A DNA stretch of 64,000 nt from a virus, in IMG/VR virus record IMGVR_UViG_3300037882_001257, positions 888-64,887 of that record. One strand, given 5' to 3'. Below the pieces are notes generated by a model that ran no database searches, was not told the origin of the DNA, and saw nothing but the letters and a program-made list of their open reading frames with translations. Position numbers and translations under genes: made by a program. Of this stretch, positions 9,301-17,927 are shown in pieces (positions within the stretch are counted from its first letter, which is position 1; each line of letters begins with the position of its first letter).

Positions 9301-12300
9301 AGTGTAGGTATAGACTTAAGCAAACCCCTCGCTGTTGTCCCTCCACAACCAAATATTACAATCACCTCAGAACCAACAGGGGTAGTTCGCGCAAATCCTC
9401 CTCGCCCAACAGCGGCAGGGAGACCGATTCCATCATTTGCTGCAAGCAGACAACAAGCTAAATTTGCTGAAGCTGCTAAAGCTGCTAACGCTCCAGACCC
9501 ACAATTACAAAAGCAGCTTGATGCTATTAAGAAAAATCCTGCCGCTAATGCTGCGTTTATCGAGGGGCCTCTAGGTGGTAATTTTACACCTAAGACAACA
9601 AAAGTAACGAGCCTAGACGCTAAGGCGGCTGCTGCGGCTGCTAAAGAGGCATCTCTAAGCAGTAGAGCGTTTAAAACTCTAGCTGGCAGTATGAAGAAAG
9701 CTAAAGACGGCACATCTAACATGGTTAGTGGTTTGGGCCAATACGTAGCAAAAGCTCAAGCAAAGGTCAAGGCAGAGGATGCGCTATTAGCTAAGATTTC
9801 TAGCGGTAAAGCTTCTGATAAAGAGATAGCTCAGGGCCAATCTATTACTCAGCGAAGGGAAGCTAAGTCAACCCGACGAGCTATAGCTTTAGCTGGTACT
9901 ATTGCTGCCGCTGGTTTTCTTCAGCAGGGTTTACAAGCTGAAGGCGAAAGAACCGGTAACGCAAATCTTTCCGGTGTTGGTGCCGCCCTTGGTGGTGGTA
10001 TAACAGGTGCCGCTCTTGGGGCACAAGTGGGTGGTCCGGTCGGCGCCATTATAGGTGGAACACTTGGTGCAGCATCGTCTGGTATTAGCGCGTTCAAGAA
10101 TGCATTAGAAAGTATAGCTAATAAAAAGCACGAAGATTCTATTAACAAACTTACCAATTCGTTGGATAAGCTGTCTTCATCTAGTACGGATTTTGCTGAA
10201 AACCTTAAGGGTGTTAGTGCAGCTATTGGACAAGCTAGAGAAAGCGCTATTAATGTTGCGGCTACTCGGAATCAAAATGAATTAGGAACTTTTGGACAAC
10301 TTACTAATGTTGGCTTAGCTTTTGGTGCTTTTGGAGACACTCGTGAAGAAAACGATTCTTTCAAGACTGATAATAAATTAGCTGCTCTTGGTGGTGCTGG
10401 CTTTACCACATTTATAGGTGAAAGAATCGGTAATATCTCTAGTAAAAGAGAAAGAAGAGAGGCGGCACGTAGAGGTCGTTCACTTCTTGGTGGAGAAGTC
10501 TTAGAGGGTCACAGGGTCGAAATCGGCGCAGCAGAAAATAGCGTACAAGAAGCACTAAAGAGAGGCGTCTCGCTTGACGACCTTCTAAAAGATAGAGATT
10601 TGGTAGCTGGCCTAGCATTTAAAGATAAGAAAGCCGGTGAAGCGTTTTCTTTGCAGGACAGAATAGATGACTTAGATGTAACGCCCGCTGAAAGACTCAC
10701 CATTCTATACAAAGAGGGGGAGCCAGCCCTACGGAAATATGCTGAAGAATCGTTAAAACGAATCACTCTTGAGAAAAAACTAGCTGACGCTTCTAAATTA
10801 GCGGCTGAGTCTGTTGATTTAATGATTAAGAGATTCACAGATTTGAATTCTAGAATTCAGGCCAGCAACGAACAGCTAAGCTACTTTTTTATAGAGAGTC
10901 AAGCAAATTTGGCTGCTTTAAGAGGCGAATTTGAAGCCAAGCAAGAACCAGTCAATGTATTCAAAAACATCAGAGGGTTTTCCGAAGATAGAGTTAATCA
11001 AGAAGCTGCAAGTCTTGCCAAGGTATTAAACCGCGCTGGTAAAACACAAGAAGCTAATGATATTACCACTAGCGTTTCTGTTGCTAAGCAATTGCAGACA
11101 GTTCTTCCAAAAGCTATTGGCGATGTATTAAATACTGGCTTGTTAGAGGGGAGTAGCGCCACTGAGGTCTTTAGCACCATCGAAGATGCTTTAACTAGTC
11201 GTTTAGGTGTAGCTGAGCTACCAAAAGCAATTAGAGATAGCTTGCGTAGCCAAGTATTTAAAACCTTAGAAGGAGACAGACAACAGCAGGTTGGAGCAGA
11301 AGAAAAAATACAAGAGCTGCGGGACATTGATACCACTTCTATAACTGAAGCTGCTCTCTCTAACGCCGCAACTCTTGCTGACGGCCTTGCCGCTTTCAAT
11401 AAGAAGTTTTCCGATGTTCTAACTCAAAGACTAGAAATAGAGAGACGTATCACCGATGGTGTTAATCAAGCAGCCGCCGGGAGAATTGATGCAGATGCGA
11501 AAATCTCTGCTTTGTTAGACAAGGATACTCCTGATAATATCCGCGCGTTTGGAAGAAGACGAGCCAGTGTCTTTACGGGTGGTGAAACAGACCCATCTAA
11601 GATTTTAGCAACTATAAAAGCACAGGGTACTCAACTACAAGCAGCTAGGGATTCGTTCTCTAGTAATCCTAAAGATATTGTAGCTTTTACTGAAATAGCC
11701 AGACTTACTAATGAAATGGCTAAGAATAGAGAGGCTCTAAAAGCACTGACTGATACAAGTGCTGAGCTAGAAGCTACTCAAAAGGAATTAGCGGAGCTTG
11801 ACAGAAAGAAAGAAACAGCGGGTAAAACCCTAAAGCAATTAGCTACTGGCGGTCCAGAGGAACAACTGGAATTCAGACGTAGATTAGCTCTAGGTGGTAG
11901 ATTAGCAGCGGGTGGTCAACTAAGGGGTGATGCTCTTGGGCAAGGTCTAGCTGGATTAGAGGAATTCGGAGACCTACTAGAAAGCCTCGATATAATTAAG
12001 AAAGACAAACGTAAGAATCTAGACAGGGCTGGTAACGAGGCTATCGTCGGTGCCCTACCTCAAGATTTAAGGGACTTCTTTGCTAAGCAAGGAAAGAGCG
12101 AGGATTTTATTGCAGATAGACTATCTGGAGACGATAGAGGTACTGTCGTTGAAAAGCTTAAAGAAGCCCAAGACAAAGCTTTGATAGCACAAGGTGCGCT
12201 AACACAAGCAACAGATTTGAATCGAGAGGCTCTCGATGCTAATACCAACGCACTAAGAAGATTATTTGCTTCTCGACCAACAGAGGAAATTGGTAAGTCT

Positions 12301-14544
12301 GCTGGTGGTCGCATTTTTGGTTACGGAAACAAAGACAGTGTAAGAGCTAGGTTAACTCCGGGTGAATATGTTGTAAACAAAGCATCGGCTAGTAAGTACA
12401 TGCCTCTATTGGCTGCTATAAATGCCGGTGCTGTGCCCTCTCAGAAAATGGCTAGTGGTGGTGTTGCTCAGCGGCGATATATTAATGAATATTCATCTGG
12501 AGGACAGCAGCGGGGCTATAATTCTGAAATCGAATACCAATACGCAAACACAAACGCTGTTGACAAAGTTTTAAATAGGGGCTTTAACGATGATAGCCTA
12601 CCCTTCAATCAGAGATTTGTTCCTGGCGTGGGAGCGGCTGGTCCTTATGACATTATGCAGGACGGTGTTCTTTATAGAGCTACGCCAGCAGAAATAGCCC
12701 AAAGAGAACAAGCTGATGCCGTTGAGCGTGCAGAAGAAGAAGCAAAAAGACGTAATTCAGATTCGTATCGAAACAGACGAGACCCTGTACGTCCACCTGT
12801 TCCGGTGGCAAGAGGAGCTAGCGATTTTATCAGTGGTATTGTCTCTAGAGGGGGGGTTGCTCTATCGGATGGCATATCTAACGCAGCAACCAATATAGCA
12901 AATGGTATTCAAAGCCCAAATCAAGTTTCTGGTGGCTATTTGCCTCCTGGCTTAAAACTAGACACTGAAACGCAAAACCAAATAGTGGCAGATGCTCGAC
13001 TAGCTGCGGGTTACCCTGGCCCAGGAGCGCATTTACCAGCCGGTCCTCAAACAGCACCTATTGTATCTGGTAGAAAACTTACACCGCAAGAAATGTTAGA
13101 TAATCGTGCGGCTCGTAGATACAATAGCCAGACTCCATTGTTTAGAGCAGCTAATACTTTTGACCAATTCCAAGAACAGATTAAGGCTGGCCCAGTAGGT
13201 GCTATCGCTTCTAGAACGAATAGAAGAACGGCAGAACAGGAAAAGAGAAAGCAAAGAGCCGCAACTAGACTATCCAATGACTCTAAAGTAGGAAGTACTA
13301 AGCCCGCTGCGAATAGGCTAAGTCGAGATGAAATAGCGGCTAAGGTAGCTGCTGCTAAACAAGCTGGTTTTGGTGCTGGAACAGGGGCGGCCGGTAAGGC
13401 CGCCGGTAAGGCCGTCTATAAGACATCTATTAGCGGTGACGGCACTGAAACTGTTACGTATCAAGATGGTTCTACTGAAGTGCGTAGAAGAACAGCCTTA
13501 AATAACAGAAGTGGTCAAGCTTCTCGTTTTGATGGTACGGCTTTAGCTGCCGCTAGAGAAGCTACTATAGCTGGTGATGAAAGACGAGCAAAAGAAGCGG
13601 CAGACGCTCCTGGTCGTAGACAGAAAACGGCTGCTCAAGCAGCAGCTATTAGGAACGCTAGAGCTACACTGAAGGGTGTTGCTACTTTCGGGTTTACTCC
13701 TTCTCAAAAAGCCGCAGCGCGTAGTGCAAGACAACTGTTGTTAGATAACGGCTTGGTAAGAGAAGCAGAACAATTTACCAATGCTGGTAGACGACTTCAA
13801 GAGACTAACCAAGAAAGAGCTTCTAATAAATCGTTTCAAGCGCTCTATCCGGGCTATGACTCATCTTCGCCAGAAGAAAGACGAAGCAAAGACATTGTGA
13901 CTATAAATTACCTAGGCACTGGATATTCTAGTAAAGAAGAAGGAGAAGCTAAGCTTAAAGGCTTACGCAGTCAATTGGAAGAAGCCAACAAACCTAAGAA
14001 ACCACAATCTGTCAACGGTTTTAGAACTAGAACCAGACCAAGAGGTTACGCACTTGGTGGTGGTGTTCCAGGTATTGGCAACAGCGATATTGTTCCTGCA
14101 ATATTAACACCAGGAGAATTCGTTCTAAACAAAAAGGCTGTTCAAGCCCTTGGTATGAATAACCTACACACCTTTAACAACAAGTTTAACAAGGGTGGCT
14201 CGGTTGTGCCACAAAGACTTAATAGTGGCGGTGCTGCATCTGGAGGGTGGAACTTCTCTGGTCTGGAAAGAATATTGCCGAGTTTTGCTACTTCTATAAC
14301 ATTAGCAAGTGACACACTCACAAAAACCGTAGATGCACTAAATAAATTAAGCGGTTTGAAAGTCACGCACGAAGTTACTATTGCAAGACAAGAAGTGGTG
14401 GTTTCTACTCCTGACCTACAGGGAAATTTTGAGGCTCAGATATTGGATAGAGTTACTACTATGATTCAACAAGTAGTTGGTCAACAGCAAGTGCTAGAGA
14501 ATGCCCCAGGCGGTGTCGAGAATATTCCAGGTAGGAGCGCATAA
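6364..14544 (+). CDS. Tape measure protein (TP901-type core), 2726 aa
   Basis: Ala/Gly/Lys-rich and helical. N-terminal TP901-like core (VKISQVEG...LATTLGVSSKDL...AQAG...TNKVAAEFAVES). Four copies of a GGxV(P)G...D...LTPGE(F/Y)V motif. Canonical position after tube and chaperones. Confidence 0.9.
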   Translation: MANSFNINANVKMGGPAGLAQIARSIQSSLSNIKTNVQINIDPKAAPAVSKLNSELRKLNLTMMDTTKNMRAMTSALNNLQKAATSGNAGIAAVSKAANNQAKSTKKAADETGKLTSEMAEFGRISGLAVRRFAGFSIATGLIFGLIGAMKSAGKEAFDFQGQLVKISQVEGSTVKSLRGLQDEVTRLATTLGVSSKDLINTAQILAQAGLSARDTKVAMEALAKTTLAPTFENINSTVEGSIAIMSQFGIATKDLEKALGSTNKVAAEFAVESDDIIQAVRRAGGAFAAASAGVSQGTDAFNEFIAVFTSVRATTRESAESIATGLRTVFTRLQRTSTIDQLEELGIAMSDVEGKFIGPFKAINNIAKALESIDPRDRRFAAIAEELGGFRQISKVIPLLLQTETRMKALAAAQAGQTSLSEDAAKAQEALSVRFTKVREEFVALIREITQTDTFNALVDITLELAKNLINLARVFKPLIPLITAFAAIKLGSGFVQFGQGFKKGVTGAGGSNGMGLGLANLLGGQRFNSGGLVPGRGPNKDSIYAHLTPGEFVIQRPAVDALGVSYLNAINRNKGGIVPKFATGSTDKFTLSKSHISNNTKIQDEFGNLELSRSASKSSKAYKAVALFLQPQGIDRHISGKLPISAFAGKEGLPKGSTQRTERSLVASQFGGSDGVPFEIISASLTKNASRAFESQLKTALTGFLRNQSSGLVGPEYAFSKQKIRQSLSAGQFNFPSISGNMFEAMLASSSQPFDDKRASNSTFDFASTSPQVAKSFGLNTDESTYRGDAKRSYNDDAIGSLSKKVRNQIRNDIKLSRKAVGGSVGEDEANAMVAPGEYILGRPAVQRLGVGGARKLNNAHKKGFVTGGLFGSYPGFVDGDEVKKRQEEIKRQAEIRQNQQRIREEAARKKRERVLGPTPRNPTLADIKNRANARKLGQAPRIPGSIPGAFRPEPIVPVAPIIVPPLADSGVNRAGSSVGIDLSKPLAVVPPQPNITITSEPTGVVRANPPRPTAAGRPIPSFAASRQQAKFAEAAKAANAPDPQLQKQLDAIKKNPAANAAFIEGPLGGNFTPKTTKVTSLDAKAAAAAAKEASLSSRAFKTLAGSMKKAKDGTSNMVSGLGQYVAKAQAKVKAEDALLAKISSGKASDKEIAQGQSITQRREAKSTRRAIALAGTIAAAGFLQQGLQAEGERTGNANLSGVGAALGGGITGAALGAQVGGPVGAIIGGTLGAASSGISAFKNALESIANKKHEDSINKLTNSLDKLSSSSTDFAENLKGVSAAIGQARESAINVAATRNQNELGTFGQLTNVGLAFGAFGDTREENDSFKTDNKLAALGGAGFTTFIGERIGNISSKRERREAARRGRSLLGGEVLEGHRVEIGAAENSVQEALKRGVSLDDLLKDRDLVAGLAFKDKKAGEAFSLQDRIDDLDVTPAERLTILYKEGEPALRKYAEESLKRITLEKKLADASKLAAESVDLMIKRFTDLNSRIQASNEQLSYFFIESQANLAALRGEFEAKQEPVNVFKNIRGFSEDRVNQEAASLAKVLNRAGKTQEANDITTSVSVAKQLQTVLPKAIGDVLNTGLLEGSSATEVFSTIEDALTSRLGVAELPKAIRDSLRSQVFKTLEGDRQQQVGAEEKIQELRDIDTTSITEAALSNAATLADGLAAFNKKFSDVLTQRLEIERRITDGVNQAAAGRIDADAKISALLDKDTPDNIRAFGRRRASVFTGGETDPSKILATIKAQGTQLQAARDSFSSNPKDIVAFTEIARLTNEMAKNREALKALTDTSAELEATQKELAELDRKKETAGKTLKQLATGGPEEQLEFRRRLALGGRLAAGGQLRGDALGQGLAGLEEFGDLLESLDIIKKDKRKNLDRAGNEAIVGALPQDLRDFFAKQGKSEDFIADRLSGDDRGTVVEKLKEAQDKALIAQGALTQATDLNREALDANTNALRRLFASRPTEEIGKSAGGRIFGYGNKDSVRARLTPGEYVVNKASASKYMPLLAAINAGAVPSQKMASGGVAQRRYINEYSSGGQQRGYNSEIEYQYANTNAVDKVLNRGFNDDSLPFNQRFVPGVGAAGPYDIMQDGVLYRATPAEIAQREQADAVERAEEEAKRRNSDSYRNRRDPVRPPVPVARGASDFISGIVSRGGVALSDGISNAATNIANGIQSPNQVSGGYLPPGLKLDTETQNQIVADARLAAGYPGPGAHLPAGPQTAPIVSGRKLTPQEMLDNRAARRYNSQTPLFRAANTFDQFQEQIKAGPVGAIASRTNRRTAEQEKRKQRAATRLSNDSKVGSTKPAANRLSRDEIAAKVAAAKQAGFGAGTGAAGKAAGKAVYKTSISGDGTETVTYQDGSTEVRRRTALNNRSGQASRFDGTALAAAREATIAGDERRAKEAADAPGRRQKTAAQAAAIRNARATLKGVATFGFTPSQKAAARSARQLLLDNGLVREAEQFTNAGRRLQETNQERASNKSFQALYPGYDSSSPEERRSKDIVTINYLGTGYSSKEEGEAKLKGLRSQLEEANKPKKPQSVNGFRTRTRPRGYALGGGVPGIGNSDIVPAILTPGEFVLNKKAVQALGMNNLHTFNNKFNKGGSVVPQRLNSGGAASGGWNFSGLERILPSFATSITLASDTLTKTVDALNKLSGLKVTHEVTIARQEVVVSTPDLQGNFEAQILDRVTTMIQQVVGQQQVLENAPGGVENIPGRSA

Positions 14545-16091
14545 TGGCTATAACTTTAACATATGGTTCATATAACTTCTCTCCAATCCCAATGATTTCC
14601 TACAATAAGGAATACATTAAGAGCGGGGATGGTACTCATATTGGTACTACTTATAGTGGTTCTTTGACAGGAACTTTACAGCTACCGTCTGGTACAAGTG
14701 GTATCACATCCCTTATTGCGCTACAAGACAGCTTGAGAGAGGCATTCTCCCAAGAGGGCAAGTGTTTAATTCTGACTTGCGACGCCACAGTATTATTGCA
14801 AGTGGCCCCACGTATTACTAGTATATCGTTTAGTGAATCCAACAATAATTGGGTTATTAACATGCCTTATACTATTACATTAGAGTGGGACGAGGAGCCT
14901 TCATCTGGTGGTGAAGATGGAGACTTGATGCCTCCATATATCCAGAGTATTACTAGCGACTGGAATATTGAATTTTTAGAAGATAGTAACTACCACACTT
15001 GGACACTAGAAGATGGTGGGAACACCGTAGATACGATTCCGTATGTGGCTCGTATTTCACAGACTTGCAGCGCAGTCGGAAAGAGGCACTATGAATGCAC
15101 CGGAACCGGGGCGGGTTTATCCTCTACCGGTTGGGAACAGGCTCGCACCTGGGTTCTAGCTAACTTACCAGCAACTCCAACGACTGCGTATGTAGTTCAA
15201 TCTGGCATCATTAACCTAGACATTGACGAGATGGGGTTTTTCAACCATACCAGAAGTGTTGTGCTGAATGAACATGCGGGCGAAATAAGTGTGGCTCAGT
15301 CCTGGCTAGTGTTTCCAAGTGGATTAAATGGCGTTCCAGGTAATGCTTTAGAAGATTATAGCGTAGAGATAGGAAGTTCTATAGATGGCGGCACTTCTAG
15401 CGTGAGCATCAACGGCACTATCAACGGATTAGAAACTAGAAGCTATGGCTCTAGCCCTGGTGATTTTACCGTAACAGCCACGAAGTATGATAGGGCACTC
15501 ACCTATTGGAATGCCATGCAAAGCCGCCTATATTGGAGAGCGCAAAAAGCCCTCGAAAATAGCGGGGCCACCATTTACAACCCTCTTAACCTATCAGCAC
15601 TAAACACTTCGTTAGGTCATAATCCAAAAGCGGGGACAATTACATACTCATATCAATACGACACGCGGCCATGTAATTATGTGACCGGTGCCCTAATTGA
15701 AAACATTACAATGGATGACCAGCATCCTACAGATGTAATTGCAGAGATAGTGGTTCCTGGTAGAAGCCGTGGTCCAATCTTGCAAGAGATTTCCACTGTT
15801 ACCGCTGGAAGCCGCTCTGTTAGTGTCGATGTAGTAATGGCACCAACAAGCGGCAATTGCACCAGTGCATCAACTCTGTTTTCCTCATTGATTAGTAAGG
15901 ACAATGCACCGGTTGCTCAAGTGGAAGGTTTGATGTGCGCCCTAGAGACAGAACTAGTGGCAGCATATAGTCAAGTGTTTAAGGTTAGCGACACGGACAA
16001 TTGGCAACCAAAGTCTAGTAGATACACTAGAAATGTTACATGGCAGTTTACCAACTGTTCTGGTACTCCACCAAGCACATCGTTTTGTTAA
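14544..16091 (+). CDS. Putative distal tail/baseplate-hub-associated structural protein
   Basis: 515 aa, S/T/G-rich beta protein; its start overlaps the TMP stop. Confidence 0.5.
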   Translation: MAITLTYGSYNFSPIPMISYNKEYIKSGDGTHIGTTYSGSLTGTLQLPSGTSGITSLIALQDSLREAFSQEGKCLILTCDATVLLQVAPRITSISFSESNNNWVINMPYTITLEWDEEPSSGGEDGDLMPPYIQSITSDWNIEFLEDSNYHTWTLEDGGNTVDTIPYVARISQTCSAVGKRHYECTGTGAGLSSTGWEQARTWVLANLPATPTTAYVVQSGIINLDIDEMGFFNHTRSVVLNEHAGEISVAQSWLVFPSGLNGVPGNALEDYSVEIGSSIDGGTSSVSINGTINGLETRSYGSSPGDFTVTATKYDRALTYWNAMQSRLYWRAQKALENSGATIYNPLNLSALNTSLGHNPKAGTITYSYQYDTRPCNYVTGALIENITMDDQHPTDVIAEIVVPGRSRGPILQEISTVTAGSRSVSVDVVMAPTSGNCTSASTLFSSLISKDNAPVAQVEGLMCALETELVAAYSQVFKVSDTDNWQPKSSRYTRNVTWQFTNCSGTPPSTSFC

Positions 16092-16100
16092 AGGTTTTAT

Positions 16101-16472
16101 ATGGCAGCAACTAAAGCAACATCTACACTATTTAGTAATCAGGTTCTCACCGGTGGTACAGGAACTACTACGAGTAGCGCAGCGACAATAAGCACGTCGT
16201 TTGGTGCCTCTATGTTCTTGAAAATTACCAATGGGGCAACTGCGCCCGCCACTGGTGCCGCTATGACCATAGAGGTAAGCCCGGACGGTAGTAACTACTA
16301 TAAATTCACCGGAAGTGCCGACCTGCAAGGAAGCACAGTAAATAGCGCTGTTGTATCCAAGCAGGTAGAGCTACCAATTGGCGTAGGATATGTTCGAGTC
16401 CAGGCGGACCACGGCAACAGTCAAAATGTCACCATAAGGGCTGAAGTAACCCATATTACAGCAATCACTTAA
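16101..16472 (+). CDS. Small beta-sandwich virion protein
   Basis: 123 aa, Thr/Ala/Ser-rich (ITNGATAP...IEVSPDG...VGYVRV); within the tail operon. Confidence 0.45.
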   Translation: MAATKATSTLFSNQVLTGGTGTTTSSAATISTSFGASMFLKITNGATAPATGAAMTIEVSPDGSNYYKFTGSADLQGSTVNSAVVSKQVELPIGVGYVRVQADHGNSQNVTIRAEVTHITAIT

Positions 16473-17926
16473 TGAGCATTGTACACTACATGGCGGCAGT
16501 CCTTCGAGATTCTGTCTCGCGGGGCCGCTTAATTCACCACTACGATATGTTAGAGGAATCGGGAGCTATATCCCATGATGATGTTGGCTTATTGGACGCG
16601 GTCATAGATGGGGCCACATGGGACGCTAATGCGCCCTCTTTTGCTGCGACATCCTCCCTGTTGTTTGACGGAACGAATGATTATTTGTCTATAGCTCAAA
16701 GTGATACAGTTTGGGATTCGGCTGAAGAACGCTCTATCAGCTTTTGGGTGAAGAGTGATGAAATTGGTGGTGTGTCTAGCCCTCACGAATTCCCTTTTAT
16801 TGTAATGCTTAAGAGTGATAGAACAGACCCGTTTTCTGTGTGGCTGGATGCCTCTGGATTAAACTTTGGGTATTATAGTGACTTCAAGAAGGTGGCTAGT
16901 AGTTATGTCACCTTCCAAAACAACTGGGTAAATGTTGTTATTACATATGACGGCACAGGGGCAACCGATGTCTCTAACTATGTAGTCTATGTGAGTGGAG
17001 TGTCTGTTGCTATTAGTGCTGGGGGCACTTGGCCCGTTACTTCTCAGGTGACGCAGATAGGAAAAGGTGGTGTGCCAGAAAGCTACTTTGATGGGCGGCT
17101 ATTTGACATACGCATATACGACAAGATTTTAACGGCTAGTGAAGCCTATGCTTTGGCGAACGGCTACACAAACGCCTGGGTGGGTTCTCAGGGCGACGGC
17201 ACTTGGGAAGATGAGGATTGTTGGCCTTTGAGTGGGCTTCCAACATCTAGTGATACCGTGATATTTAGTGGCGACGATACTAATTGTACAGTTGTAAGCA
17301 CCAATCAAATTGTCTTGGCCGGTTTGTATGTCGATGGGGGTTACCTGGGGACATTAGATTTAACATTCTGCTACCTTACGGTTAACGGCGACTTTAACCA
17401 CCTAGGGGCAGCGATAGTGGCTTATCCACAAGTTCTCAAAGTGAGCGGGGACTGCATAGTGACCGCTGTAGATGTGATTGACAATATAAAGAGAACCACT
17501 ATAGAATTGTTTGGCGACACCAATGCAAACTTTGGTCTACCAGACAACAACGTAGAAATTTTCGGGGTTATCGTTTCGGCTGATAGCGGAGTAACTAAAA
17601 CCCTGACCGGAACCAATACTCACTTACAAACAAGAAGCCTGCATGTGTCGAGTGGTATCTTAGATATAAACGACAAGTATATAACCGTAGCTAATGATTT
17701 TACCGTAATTGGTGGGTCGTTTGTTAATCCTTCTGCGTATGTAAGCCATACTATTAGTGGTAACGCTTTGTGGTACGGACAGAGTAAGCTTAACAAGCTG
17801 GACTTAGACTTTGATAGTATTGTTACGTTTGACGTGAGTGGAGCCTTTTTAATTAGGAACGCAATAGTGGGAAACCTTAATGATGCGGGTACAACCGCGA
17901 AATGTTTGAATTGCGAGGAGGCTTAG
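16472..17926 (+). CDS. LamG/concanavalin A-like domain tail protein (candidate adhesin)
   Basis: Motifs LLFDGTNDY, SISFWVK, WVNVVITYDG and YFDGRLFDIRIYDKILTASE, followed by a beta-helix-like C-terminus. Confidence 0.75.
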   Translation: MSIVHYMAAVLRDSVSRGRLIHHYDMLEESGAISHDDVGLLDAVIDGATWDANAPSFAATSSLLFDGTNDYLSIAQSDTVWDSAEERSISFWVKSDEIGGVSSPHEFPFIVMLKSDRTDPFSVWLDASGLNFGYYSDFKKVASSYVTFQNNWVNVVITYDGTGATDVSNYVVYVSGVSVAISAGGTWPVTSQVTQIGKGGVPESYFDGRLFDIRIYDKILTASEAYALANGYTNAWVGSQGDGTWEDEDCWPLSGLPTSSDTVIFSGDDTNCTVVSTNQIVLAGLYVDGGYLGTLDLTFCYLTVNGDFNHLGAAIVAYPQVLKVSGDCIVTAVDVIDNIKRTTIELFGDTNANFGLPDNNVEIFGVIVSADSGVTKTLTGTNTHLQTRSLHVSSGILDINDKYITVANDFTVIGGSFVNPSAYVSHTISGNALWYGQSKLNKLDLDFDSIVTFDVSGAFLIRNAIVGNLNDAGTTAKCLNCEEA

Positions 17927-17927
17927 G

